Assembly: GCF_963921235.1 (NCBI RefSeq)
Contig: NC_086097.1
Coordinates: forward strand, 199,890,001-199,954,000
DNA: 64,000 nucleotides
From: Mobula hypostoma
Lineage: Eukaryota
Reading direction: 5' to 3'
Positions 50,845 to 64,000 of the stretch are shown here, one piece after another; the first letter of the stretch is position 1; the number at the start of each line of letters is the position of its first letter. Position numbers and translations under genes: made by a program. Under the pieces are notes generated by a model, which was not told where the DNA came from, did not search any database, and saw only the letters and a list, made by a program, of their open reading frames with translations.

Positions 50845-53500
50845 ATGGACATCCCTCTATTCTGAAGCTGTGCCCTCTGGTCTGAGACTCACCCACTATA
50901 AGAAATAATTTCTCCACATCCACTCCACCTAAGCCTTTCAATATGTTTCAATGAGATCCCCCACATTCCTCTATAGTCCAATGAGTACAGGCCCAGAGCC
51001 CTCAAATGCTGCTCATACATGAACCCTTTCATCACAGAATCATTTTCATCAACCTCCTCTGGACCCTCTTCAACGTCAGCACATCTTGGATAAGGGGCCC
51101 AAAGCTGCTCACAATATTCCAAGTGCGGTCTAACCAATGTCTTACAAAGCCTCAGCATTGTATCATTGCTTGTATTTATGTATGATTCACAGAGTCTTAG
51201 AAAACTACTGCACAGAAACAGGCCCTTTGGCCCATCTAGTCCATGCCAAACCATTTAAACTGCCTACTCCCATCCAATTGCTCCAGGAACTTAGCCCTCC
51301 ATACTCCTATCATCCATGTAACTATCCAAACTCTCTTAAATATTGAAATCAAAGTCACATCCACCACTTGTGCTCCCAGTTTGCTCCACACACTCACCAC
51401 CCTCTGAGTGAAGATACCCTTTTACCCTTTACCTATGGCCTCTGGTTACCACCTAACCTCAGTGTAAAAAGCCTATTTGCATTTACCCTATCTATACCCT
51501 TTATAATTTTGTATACCTCTATCTACTCTCCCCTCAATCTTCTATGTTCAAAAGAATAAAGTCCTAACCTATTCAATCTTTCCTTATAGCTCTGGTCCTA
51601 CAGACCCGTCCTTGTAAATTTTCTCTGTACTCTTTCAACCTTATTTACATGTTTCCTGTAGGTGGGTGACCAATTGGTGTGGCCTCACCAATGTCTCATA
51701 CAACTTCAACATAGCATCACGTCTCCTGTACTCAATACTTTGATTTATGAAGGCCAATGCGCCAAAGCTTTCTTTACAACTATCTACACTTTCAACAAAT
51801 TATGCACTTGTACTCCCAGATCCCTTTGTTCTACCACACTCCTCAATGCCCTACTATTCACCATGTAATGCCTACTGAAGCACAACACCTCACATTTGTC
51901 TGCATTAAATTCCATCTGCCATTTTCAGCCCATTTTTCCAGTTGGTTCAGATCCCAGTCTTCCTCACTGTCCACTACCTCCCTAGTCTTGATGTCATCCG
52001 TAAAATTGCCGATCCAGTTAACCACATTATCATCCAGGTCACTGATTATAGATGACAAACAACAACGGACCCAACACCGATCCCTGTGACACACTGCTAG
52101 TCACAAGCCTCCATTCAGAGAGGCAACCATCTACTACCAGTCTCTGGCTTCTCCCACAAAACCAATGTCTCATCCAATTTACTACCTCATCTTGAATGCC
52201 AAGCGACTGAATCTTCTTAACCAAGCTCCCATGCAGGACCCAGTCCACTCAAAATGAATGCCAACATTGCATTTGCCTTCCTTACCATGAACTCAACCTG
52301 CAGTTAACCTTAAGGAAACCCTGAACAAAGTCATCACTATGCACCTTGAATTTTTGAAATTCTCTCTGTTTAGAAAATAGTCTACACCTTTATTTCTTCT
52401 ACTAAAGTGCATGACTATATGCACACAGCATTCAATCAGCTATTTCTCTGTCCATTTTTCAATTGAACATAGAACATAGAACAAGGTTGTGCTGACCCTC
52501 AAACCCTGCCTCCCATATAAGCCCCCACCTTGAATTCCTCCATATACTTGTCTAGTAGTCTCTTAAACTTCACGTGTGTATCTGCCTCCACCTCTGACTC
52601 AGGCAGTGCATTCCATGCACCAACCACTCTCTGAGTAAAAAACCTTCCTCTAATATCCCCCTTGAACTTCCCACCCCTGCCCTTAAAGCCATGTCCTCTT
52701 GTATTGAGCAGTGGCGCTCTAGGGAAGAGGCGCTGGCTATCCACTCTATCTATTCCTCTTATTATCTTGTACACCTCTATCATGTCTCCTCTCATCCTCC
52801 TTCTCTCCAAAGAGTAAAGCCTTAGCTCCCTTAATCTCTGATCAGAATGCATACTTTAGATAGAAAGATACTTTATAGATCCCAGGGAAATAACTGTGTC
52901 TTAGTCTATTACTGAAAGTAGTCATCTTTTCAGCCAAGGTGGCATGCAGAGGGTGAGAAACATTGTCCCAAATTGCCAGGATTTTCCATAGGTCCTTTGT
53001 TCTACCACTGCCTCCAGTATGTCCAGTGTGACTCCTACAAGAGCCAACCTTTAACAGAATCAGTCTAATTGCTTCTGAAGACTCCCTGCTTTTGCAACCC
53101 CTACCTGCCCCTCCACCTTTGTATTATTTGCAAACCTGGCTACAAAGCTATCAATTCCATAATCCAAATTATTGACATACAATGTGAAAGGAAGCAGACA
53201 AAACACCAATCCCCATGGAATGTCAACAGCTACTGGCAGCCAACCACAATAGACCCCTTGATTCCCTTTCTTTGTCTCCTGCTAGTCAGCCGATCAACGC
53301 CAGTATCTTTCTTGCAAAACCATGAGCTCTTAGCTTGTTAAGCAGTCTCATGAGTGGTACCTTGTCAAAGGCCTTCTGAAAATCCAAGTAAACAATATCC
53401 ACTGACCTTCCTTTGTCTATCCTACTTATTAATTCCTTAAAGAATTCCAACAGATTTGTTAGGCAAGATTTCCCTAAAGGAAACCATGTTGAATTTGGTC
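50845..53500 (-). mobile_element. Cluster of CR1 fragments, including a young 3' fragment at 52465-52855
   Basis: ORFs 50889-51254, 51858-52094, 52039-52248, 52499-52852 carry CR1 RT and C-terminal motifs. Confidence 0.8.
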
Positions 53501-53501
53501 A

Positions 53502-53867
53502 CTCTGCTCTGACCTCTGACATTAAGGAGATGTTTTCATCCATAGAACTGCCTATCACTGGATGTTTTTTTATTGTATTTCGCACCATTCTGTAGCCCCC
53601 AGAGATTGTTGTGTGTAAAAATCCAAGGAGATCAGCATTTTCTAAGATACTCAAACCAATTCATCTGGCACCTAGAATCTCTCCACGGTCAAAGTCAGTT
53701 AAGTCACATTTCTTCTACATTCTGATATTTGATCTGAACAACAAGTGAACCACTTGACCATGTCTGTATGCTTTTATGCATTAAGTTGATGCCATGTGAT
53801 TAGCTGATTAGATATTCACATTATTGAGCAAGTCTACAAGTGTACTTAATGAAGTGGCCACTGGGTG
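53502..53867 (-). mobile_element. Tc1-family 5' fragment (one TIR plus transposase N-terminus)
   Basis: TA at 53868-53869; minus strand begins cacccagtggccacttcatt; translation M*KKCDLTDFDRGEILGAR*IGLSILENADLLGF. Confidence 0.7.
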
Positions 53868-55244
53868 TACATACTAATTAGATTGATGTGGGCTGAGGAT
53901 AAAGAATTGTACTGAGGCTTGCATATCAAGCTGATGCAATGCACTATCATTCAGCAGTAACAAATCCCTTGCTGAATGGTGAGGACTAATTGAAGGTAAA
54001 TATCTTGGAACAACTGATGAAGACCGACCCAGGGAAGGACCAACCTTCACGGCAACTGGATGTGAAAACTTTGATGTACCACACAATCCTGCACAAAGAA
54101 TAACAATGACATATACACCCTCTGTGCCACTGCCAATCCCACCCCAATGGGGTGAAGAAGGGGCTCCAAAGAACAGGTAACATAAGAGATGATGTTTGAG
54201 CTCAGTCTTACATAAACATAAGAGCCCGACCTATAAATTTTATGAAAACAGGACAAGTGGCAGAGAAGGTTCCTGAGATAACAATTGATCTTCAAGCTAA
54301 ATCATTGCTGAAATATAAAGCAGCTCTCATGTGGTCACATTAATCCAGAGTAATTTGTTCTAGTGTAATCAAGCAAGCTTTTTGATTTGAGAAGCATCTG
54401 CTAGCAGTAACCAGGTCTGACCTTGAATGAGTTTACTTGAGCTATCCGACTTCATGAGGCATGACAGGATATGTGCCAACACCAGCAGCTGACAGACAAC
54501 TGAGAGTTCTCAGTGTACATTCAAGAATATCATTTTCTGACATTTGGAGACATTCTCTGGGAGGTGTGTAGGGTAGAATGTCAATGGTGAGTTCAGGCTG
54601 AGGATGATATGAGAGAATGTGATTTGTGTGGCAGTATGGTTCGAGTGACAGGTTATGTTGTTACAGCTTGTGCATGCAGGGTCTGTACCTGAGTATTTTG
54701 TGTGTGGGTCTCCCGTGGTGTGCAGCTCACCCTAACATTCAATACCAACGTCCTGGCTTTTATCTCATTAACCGCCATGGTCTGTCTACATGGGAAAGTG
54801 CCTTAAAGGATCGATTGATGTCTGCAAAGTGACAGGCTGCTCCTGTCAGGTGGAAAACAGGTGTGCTTTGGCACTTCTTTCCAGGTGGAAGACAGCTCCA
54901 TGACTTTCAGAAGGGGACCCAAACTGGCATTAGTGCTAAATACAGTGATGTGTTATAATGGCAAAAATGTGCCTCAAATTTTTGGTTAATATCGGCCAAC
55001 TAAACCAGAAGTTTGTGAATAAGGATCAAAGGAGATATATTCTGCTACCTTTTCAAGGGTATGTGCTGAGCTCACTTCTCTACTCCTACGCTCATGACTG
55101 TGTGGGAAGCACAGTTCAAAACCATCTACAAGTTTGCCAATGATATTTGGCAGAATCTCAGATGATGATGAGGAGGTGTTCAGAAGTGAGAGAGGTTGGC
55201 TGGTTCAACCTCACACTCAATATCAGCAAGTGCAAAGAACTAAT

Positions 55245-58200
55245 GGATCTGGATGTCTTGGAGCTACTGCAGGATATTCTCAAGAGGGAGGGTGAGTAGT
55301 CAGAAGTGGTGGTGCACATTGCTCCAATGACATAGGTAAAAAGCAGGGAAGAGATCCTGTACGGTGAGTATAGAGAGTTAGGGAAGCAAAGCCTCCAAGG
55401 TCGTACTCTCTGGACAGGAATAGAATGATATTCCAGATGAATAATTAGCTGAGAAAGTGGTGCAGGGGGCAGAGTTTCAGATCTCTGGATCGCTGGGATC
55501 TCTTTTGGGGAAGGTATGACCTGAACAAAGAGGGCAGTTTACACCGGAACACAAGGGGGACCATTATCCTTGTGGAAAAGTTTACAAGAGCTCTTGGGGA
55601 GGTTGACAAGGGATTGGAGCTGAGGATGGAGCAGTTGATATACAAGTAGATGCAGTGTGTAGTGGGACTGCGAGGGAGGACAGGGAAATGGTAGGGCAAA
55701 ATTGCAGTCAGTAATATGAGCTGAAGTGTAACATGGGGGAAAGGGGGAAAAAGTGAAAAAGGAGGTGATTAAAGGACTGAAGGTTTTATACTTAAATACA
55801 TGCCATCTATGGAATAAGGTAGATGGTCTTGTAGTGCAGTTAGATATGGATAGGTATGACGTGGGCATCACTGAGACATAGCTGAAAGAGGATCATAGTT
55901 AGGAGCTTAACATCCAAGGACGCACATTTTATTGCAAGGACAAGCAGGTAGGCAGATGGGATAGGTTGACTCTGCTGGCAAAGAAATGAAATTAAATCCT
56001 TGGAAAGTGGAGATACAGGATTGGAAGATGTAGAAAGCTTGTGGGTGGAGTTAAGAAACTGCAAGTGTAAAAAGACTCTGATGGGCGTTGTGCGTGCATC
56101 TCCAAACAGTGTCCAGGATATAGGATACAAATTCAATGGGAAATAGAAAAGGCATGTAATAAGGGCATTGTTATGATAGTTTTGAGGCAATTCGATATGC
56201 AGGTAGATTGGGAAAACCAGTCTGGTGCTGGATCCCAAGAGAAGGAACTCGTAGAATGCCTACAAAATGGCTTTTTAGAGCAGAAAAAGAGAGCTGTTAG
56301 ACAGCATTTGAGCCCACTAAGGGATTGCAATTCTGGATTGGCTATTATGTAATGAACCAGATTTGATTGAGAGGAAGAAGATAAAGTTAGGTGTATCAGT
56401 ATTACAATGGAGTAAAAGGAAATGCAGAGGCATCAGAGAGGAGCTATCCAAAGAGGATTGAAAGGGGACACTAGCAAGGATGATGCCAGAACTACAGTGA
56501 CTGGAGTTTCTGGGGCAATTCAGAAAGTGCAGGATAAATACATCCCAAAGATGAAGATTTATTCTAAAGGAGGGATGAGATGATCATGACTAATAAGGGA
56601 AGTCAAAGACAGCATAAAAACATATAACATAACAAACATTAGTGGGAAGTTAGAGGATTAGGAAGCCGTTAAAAATCAACAGAGGGCAACTAAAAATCCA
56701 TAAGTTAAAAATATGAAATATGAAGATAAGCTAGCCAATAATATCAAAAAGGATGTCAACAGTTTTTACAGATATGCCATATAAAGAGTAAAAGAGAGGT
56801 TAAAGTGGATATTGGACTGCTGGAAAGTGATGCTGGAAAGGTAGTAATGAGGACACAGAAATGAAAGACAGACTTAATAAGTATTTTTCATTGGTCTTCA
56901 CTGTGGAAGACACAAGCTATATGCCAAGAATTCAAAAGCGTCAGGGGACAGATGTAAGTGTCATTGCCATTACTGAGGAGAAGGTGCTTGGGAAGCTGAA
57001 AGGTTTGAAGGTAGATAAGTCACCTGGACCAGATGGATAGTAACCCAGGGTCTGAAAGAGGTAGTTGAAGAGATTGTGGAGATGCTAGTAATGATCTTTC
57101 AAAACTCACTAGATTCCGGAAATTTGCAAATGTCACTCCACTCTTTTTGAAGGGAGGGAGGCAAAAGAAAGGAAGTTATAGGCCAATTAACCTCACTTCA
57201 GTAGGTGAGAAGATATTATTAAGGGTGAGGTTTGGGGGTTCAAGAAGGCATGTGATAAAATAGGGAAAATCTTGCCTGTTGAATTTGTTGGAATTCTTTG
57301 AGGAAATAACAGGGAGGATAGACAAAGGAGAGGCAGTGGTTGCTGTTTACTAGGAATTTCAGAAGGCTTCTGACAAGGTGCTGCATATGAGGCTGCCTAA
57401 CAAGAGACCATGGTATAACAGGAACAACACTAGCATGGATAGAAAATTGGCTGACTGGCAGGAGGCTAAGAGTCAGAATAAAGGGGACCTATTCTGGTTG
57501 GCTGCCAGTGACAAGAGCTGTTCTGCAGAGGTTGGTATTGGGACCACTCCTTTTCATGTTATAGTAAATGATTTGGATGATGGAACTGATGGCTTTGTGG
57601 CCAAGTTTGCAGATGAAACAAAGATAGGAGCTGATAGTGTTGAGGAAGCAGAGAGTATGCAGAGGGACTTGGACAAATTGAGAGAATGAGCAAAGAAGTG
57701 GCAGATGGAATATAGTGTAGGGAAGTGCATGGTCATGCACTTTGGAAGAAGGAATAGAAGCATAGACCATTTTCTAAAAGGGGAGACAATTCAATATCAG
57801 AAGTGCAAGGGGACTTGGTGGGTCCTTATGCAGGATTCCCTAAAGATTAACTTACAAGTTGAGTCGAAAACAATGTTAGCATTCATTTTGAGAGGACTAG
57901 AATACAAGAGCAAGGCTGTGATGCTAAGGCTTTAAAAAGCATTGGTCTGATCACACTTGGAGTATTGTGAGCAGTTTGGGTCCCCACCTAAGAAAAGATG
58001 TACTGGAATTGGAGAGAGTCTAGGGGAGGTTCACAAGAAAGATTCTGGGAATGAAACAGTTAATGTATGAGGAGTGTTTGATGGCTCTCGGTTTGTTGTC
58101 ATTGGAGCTTAGGAGAATGATGGGGGATCTCAATGAAACCAATTAATATTAAAAGGCCTAGATAGAGTGCATGTGGCGAGAATGTTCCCTATACCGTGTG

Positions 58201-58500
58201 AGTCTAGGACTACGGGACACAGCCTCAGAATAGAAGGATGTCCTTTGAGAAGAGAGAGATGAGATAGAATGTCTTTAGCCAGAGGCTGGTGAATCTGTGC
58301 AATTTATTGCCACAGACTGCAGTTCAGGGCAAGTCATTGAAACTATTTAAAGCAGAGGTTGATAGGTTCTTGGTGAATCAGGGTGTCAAAGGTTATGGGG
58401 AGAAGGCAGGAGAATAGAGGGATAATAAATCAGCCATGATGGAATGGCAATAGGCTGAGCAGACTTTTCGGCTCCTAAGTCTTATTGTCTTATGATCTTG
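55245..58500 (+). mobile_element. Old, long degenerate CR1 (ORF1 remnant plus ORF2)
   Basis: ORFs 57378-57689 (DGFVAKFADETKIG) and 57705-57935, decayed endonuclease and CR1 3' end. Ends approximate. Confidence 0.8.
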
Positions 58501-58789
58501 ATTGTGGACTTCAGAAAGGAGAAGTCAGGGGAATACACATCAGTCTCATTGAAGAGTGAGTGGTAGAAAAAGTGGGCAGTTTCAAGTTCCTGGGCATCAG
58601 CATTTCAGAGGATCTACCTTGGGCCCAACACATTGATGGCACTCTGGCAATTCCACTTCATTAGAAGTTTGAGGAATTCTGGTGTGTCACCAAAGAATCC
58701 TGCAAATTCGTACAGATTTATGGTGGAAAGCATTTTCAGTGGCCAGCAATCAGCATGACAGATCGTTTGCTGGTGACATAGCATAAGGT

Positions 58790-61570
58790 TTAAAAAGAGC
58801 TCGGCTGCTTTCAGCTTTTGTTCCCAGCGGGAGGCAATCAGTGCGAGAGGACGCACATTGGTGACGCAGCGCGAGCTTTAAAGAGAGCTCAGCTGCTTTA
58901 TTTATTTTTCTCGGCGGGTGACAATCAACGCATGACCAATAAAAAAGAAAGGGGGTGCAAGTCTGTGGCCATTGTTGGAGTGAGGCACTTTTAGAGTGGT
59001 CTGGCTTTGGCTCCGCAGGACTGGGCAACAACAGACATGGGCAAGCACAGGCAGAGGTTCTAAGTAAGTAAGTAAATAAATTTCTTATAAGATTTTTTTC
59101 TGTTCGTATATAGCTAGTGCACTGAGAATGGATCCAGAGGTAATGGTATGTTCTTTCTGAAAGATGTGGGAACTCTGACAGACCTCCAGTCTCCTTGATA
59201 ACTACATTTGCATGAAGTACTTCAAGCTGCAGCTCCTTATAGGCTGTGTTAAGGAACTGGAGCTGCAGTTCAATAACCTTGGGCTCATACAGGAAAATGA
59301 AGAGGTGATAGAGCTGCAGGGGATAATCACACCTGAGCTGCAGGAATCAGGTACTTGGGTGACTGCCAGGAGAGAGAAAGGGAATAGGAAGCTAGTGCAG
59401 AGTACCCCTGTGGCTCTAGCATATTGCTTTGGATATCGTTGGGGTGAGGACGGGGCTGCGAGGGGCTACAGCAACCAGGTCTCAGGGGATAAGAGGATTG
59501 CAGTGGAGGTAGGGAATTCCTTAAGAGGAGCAGAAAGCAGATTCTGTGGACATGAAAGAGACACCCAGATGGTATGTTGCCTCCCAGGTGCCAAGGTGAG
59601 TGATGTCTCAGATCAGGTCCACAGCATTCTAAAGAGTGAGGGTGAACAGTGGAAGTCATACTACATATTGGTACAACTAGGTAGGAAGGAAAAGGGAGAA
59701 GGTCCTGAAGAGAGATTGTAGAGAGTTAAGCAGGAAGCTGGAAAGCAGGACTTCCAGGGTAATAATCTCTGGATTATTGCCCGTTCTAAGTGCAATTTGG
59801 GGTAAAACCATGATGATTTGACAGATGAATGTGTGGCTAAGGAATTAGTGCAAGGGATGGAGTTTCAGATTTCTAGAACATTGGGATCTCTTCTGAGAAA
59901 GTACAACCTGTATGAAAATTATGGGTTACACCTGAACCATGAGAGGAGGTTTGCTAGAGCTTCTGGGAAGGGTTTAATCTAATTTGGCAGTGGGGTGGAA
60001 ATCAGACTGATAGGACTGAGGATAGGAGAGTTGGTATGCAAGGAGGTGGAATGAGTTGTGTGAATGTAAAGGAGGACAGGCATAAGATAGGGCAAAATTG
60101 CACTAAGTGATATGAGTTGAAGTGTTACACAGAGATCAAAATTGGAAAAGGGTGATGAATAGAGGACTGAAGGTGTTATATTTGAATGGTTGCAGTGTAT
60201 GAAATAAGGTAGATGATCTTGTAGCACAATTAGAGTTTGGCCGGTATGATGTTGTGGGGATCTCCAAGTCATGGCTGAAAGAAGATCATAGTTGGGAAGG
60301 ATACAATGTCTCAAAATGATAGGCAGAGGAGGTGGGTTGGCTCTATCGGTAAAAAGCGAAATCAAATCCTTGGAAGAAGGTGACATGGGATCAGAAGATG
60401 TAGAATCCCTGTGGGTAGAGTAAAGAAACTGCAAAGATAAAAAGTCCCTGAAGGGAGTTATATACAGGTCTCCGAACAGTAACCAGAATGTGGACTACAA
60501 ATTACTATGGGGAATAGAAAAGGTATGTAAAAAGGGCAATGTTACAATAATCATAGGGGATTTCAATATGCAGGTAGATTGGGAAAATCTCAAGAGAGGA
60601 AATTTGTAGAATGCCAACCCGATGGGGTTTTTTTTAAAAAAAAGAGTATCTGGCGGTTAAGCCTACTAGGGGAATGGCAATTTGGGATTGGTTGTTGAGT
60701 AATGACTGGATTTGATTAAGGAGCTTAAAGTAAAAGAACCCAGAGGAGGCAGTGATCATAATATGATAGAATTCACCCTGAAATTTGAGAGTGAGAATTA
60801 AAATCGGATGTATCAGTATTTTAATAGAGTAAAGGGAATTACAGAGGCATGAAAGGGGAGCTGGCCAAAGCTGACTGGAAGGGGACGCTATCAGGGGTGA
60901 TGGCAGAACAGCAGTGGCTGGTGTTTCTGGGGGAATTCTGAAGGTGCAGGATAGATATATCCCAAATATGAAGAAGAATTTTAAAGGGAGTATTTGGGGT
61001 ATTGTGAACAGTTTGGTGCTCTTTATCTAAGAAAGGATTAGTTGGCATTAGAGAGAGTCTAAAGGAGGTTCATGAGAATTATCCCAGGAATGAAAGGTTA
61101 ATGATTGCGGAGTATTTAATGGCTCTAGACCTGTACTTGCTGTAGTTCAGGAAGAATAGTGCTGGTGGTGTTGGCGGGGGGCAGGTGGATCTCATTAGAA
61201 CCTATCAAATATTGAAAATCTGGATAGAGTGGATGTGGAGAGGATGCTTCCTATAATGGAAGATCTAGCACCAGAGGGTACAGTCTCAGAACTGAGGGAC
61301 ATCCATTTAGAACAGAGGTGAGAAAGAATTTCTTCAGCCAGGTTGTGGCGGACCTGTGGAATTCCGTACCACAGATAGCTATGCAGGCCAAGTCATTCGG
61401 AATACTTAAGGCAGAGGTTGAATGGTTCTTGATTAATCAGGGCATCAAAAGTTATGGGGAGAAGGCTGGAGAATAGAGTTGAGAAGGATAATAACTTGCC
61501 ATGTTGGAACAGCAGAGTAGACTTGATGGGCTGAATGGCCTAATTCTGCTTCTAGTTCTTAATGTGTTGT
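58790..61570 (+). mobile_element. Degenerate CR1 with 5' region, ORF1 esterase-like remnant and internally deleted ORF2
   Basis: ORF 59212-59721 (VGNSLRGAESRFCG...MVCCLPGAKVSDV) and downstream endonuclease and 3' sequence. Ends approximate. Confidence 0.75.
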
Positions 61571-63029
61571 GATTGCATTACATGATTGATTTGTTCTGCA
61601 TGTTCCAAAGCACAGGATCATAAGACACTGCAGAGTGTTGCAGATTCAGCCAGTTCCACCACAGGCACAACCCTCCCTGCCATTGAGGACATCTTCAGGA
61701 GGCAGTGCCTGAAGAAGACAACATCCATCAGTGAAGACACTCGATATCTGGGACATGTCCTCTTCCTTTTACTACCATCGGGGGGGGGGAGGGACAAGAG
61801 CCTGAAGACTGACACTCAACATGGCAAAATTAAGGTTAAGATTAGGTTTATTTGTCACATGTACAGTATTTTGAAAGAAACAGTGAAATGCATTGTTTGT
61901 GTCAACAACCAACACAGTCTGAAGATTGTGCTGGGCGCAGCCTGCGAGTGTCACCATACTTCCATCACCAGCATCGCATGCCTACAACTCAGTAACCCTA
62001 TTTCTGACCATATGTCTTTGGAATTTGGAAGTAAACCAAATCACTCAGAGGAATCCCATGGAATTACGGGAAGACCATGAAATTCTTTAGTGGTGGGAAT
62101 TGAACCCTGATCTGTGATTGCTGTCACTGTAAAGCATTGTGCTAACCACTACCACTACCCTACTGTGTCATGTATTAAGGACAACTTCTTCCCTTGCACT
62201 GTCAGATCTGTGAATGATCATGAACCCATGAACGCTATCTTGGTATTTGTTGTTTGCACTATTTACTTAGTTCTGGAATTTATAGAATTTTTTTTTGTCT
62301 TGCACTGTACTGCTGCTCCAAAACAACAAATTTCACAGCATCTGCCAATGATAATAAACCGGATTTTGATTTTGATTCATTGCAGTGTAAGGCAGAAAAT
62401 TCTCAGCTACCTGTACCAAATGTCAAAAGAAGCCTCATTTTCAACTTGGGAGAATTATCCAGCAATATTCTGCCTAAGTCTGTACTGGAAGACAACTCTG
62501 TCCTAGTTCTGTTACTTTAACAGTCATTCAAAGTCCAGTCCTAATATTTTGCTGGGCTGAAGATTGCATATATGTGGTAATACTAAAAATAGACTCCTGA
62601 TTGGTATGCAGTGTCTCCTCATTGAGAAACACATGTACAGTACATGCAGCAATGTGCACCAAGATTTATGAGAAATTTAGAATTTATAGTGCTATAAATT
62701 TGTCATTACAAAATTAATAGGACCATATCCCTTAGCTTTTTTCTATTAGCTGTGTCAAAGCAAGATTAAAAATCACTTCTCACTAACTTGTAATTAGAAA
62801 TGACAAGAAAATCTCATTTCGCTTTTAATCAAAACCAGCCTAATGATGTATTCACTATCAACACTAATTTTAAACTAAACAGAGACCCCTGTGTACACCC
62901 TGCTAACTCCAAAGCTCAACCCAGCATCTAAAATTTAAGATCTGAAATAATTCTGTAACATTCTATGGCAGCTGTTCCCCCACCCCACCATTAACAAGCC
63001 CTTACAGTAGCTAACCTGTAACATTTTTA

Positions 63030-63722
63030 AAGAAAGCATTATTAACCAATAACCTCACATGGTCTGTACACACCAAATGTGTAGTGAAAAAGGCACAACA
63101 GTTGAGGTAGAGCTTTCTACAGGGGCACAATTGAGAGCATGCTGACTGGCTACATCACTGCCTGGTATGGGAACTGTACCTCCCTTAAACACAGGACTCT
63201 GCAGAGAGTGGTGCGGACAGACCAGCGCATCTGTAGATGTGAACTTTCTATGAATGAGGACATTTACAAGGAGAAGTGTGTGAAAAGGGCCCGAAACCTT
63301 CGTCAGGGTTCCGGCCCGAAACGTCAACCGATCTTTTCCACAGATGCTGCCCGACCTGCTGAGTTCCTCCAGCGTGTTGTGAGTGTTGCTTTGACCCCAG
63401 CATCTGCAGATTATTTTCTGAAAAGGGCCCGTAGGATCATTGGGAACCCAAGCCATCCCAACCACAATCTATTCCAGCTGCTACCATCCAGGAAGCAGTA
63501 CCGCAGCATAGAGGCCAGGATCAACAGGCTCAGGGACAACTTCTTTCATCAGGCCATCAGTCTGATGAACTCACGCTGACTTGAGTGTACTCTAGATTAC
63601 ATTGACTGTTCTATTTATTATAAATTAGTATGATTGTACATTGCACATTTAGATAGAGACGTACCATAAAGATTTTTACTCATGTATGTGAAGGATGTAA
63701 GAAATAAAGTCAATTCAATTCA
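63030..63722 (+). mobile_element. Rex1/Babar 3' fragment containing a 125-bp Penelope-like insert (63294-63418)
   Basis: ORF 63139-63579 (ITAWYGNC...LQRVVRT...FQLLPS...RLRDNFFHQAI); 13-bp TSD tgaaaagggcccg at 63281-63293 and 63419-63431. Confidence 0.8.
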
Positions 63723-63834
63723 GCTGATTTAGACAGAATATGAAATAGTGCTTTCATTAGCAATTCCACAATACATCTGACAAGCAAGTTGAACCTAGCT
63801 GAGAACCTTAGAGATACAGCATGACATCAGAATA

Positions 63835-64000
63835 TTTAGAACATAGAACGTAGAATAGTACAGCACAGTACAGGCCCTTCGGCCCACAATGTTGTGCCGA
63901 CCCTCAAACCCTGCCTCCCATATAAGCCCCCACCTTAGATTCCTCCATATACCTGTCTAGTAGTCTCTTAAACTTCACTAGTGTATCTGTCTCCACCACT
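63835..64000 (-). mobile_element. Young CR1 3' end, running off the window
   Basis: Near-identical to 16910-17090 and 52465-52600. Confidence 0.8.

Noticed and set aside
26107..64000. Naming OC90 or HHLA1 exons
   Set aside because: Expected from human synteny, but I found no diagnostic PLA2-like or HHLA1 peptide by eye

Overview
Eukaryotic, repeat-dense vertebrate DNA. The repeat mix (CR1, Rex1/Babar, Penelope-like termini, tRNA-derived SINEs) suggests a cartilaginous fish such as a ray or shark; this is inference. The only host gene I can identify is the 3' part of EFR3A on the + strand: six GT-AG coding exons (6664-6791, 16338-16426, 19514-19562, 20612-20715, 21265-21314, 21803-21908) splice in frame to ...YSVDRLSVPYVPQQTDEDRLSRRKSIVDTVSIQVD...EEITFETLKKAID...KFQKAPFEEIAAQCESK...RPPPSPSG...IPVYEMKFPDLCVY*. 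An AT-rich putative 3' UTR of about 3 kb follows. Most of the remainder is transposon-derived: many CR1 LINEs (one with a stop-free ORF2), Rex1/Babar, RTE, a Hero-like RLE retroelement, Penelope-like remnants carrying minimal hammerhead-ribozyme motifs, Tc1/mariner and hAT derivatives, a complete non-autonomous Helitron, and an internally deleted Gypsy provirus. Unique-sequence islands between about 35 and 55 kb contain unidentified minus-strand exon-like segments. I cannot confirm a wholly new biological system. The best leads are the Helitron, the hammerhead-like motifs, the deleted Gypsy and the candidate convergent gene.
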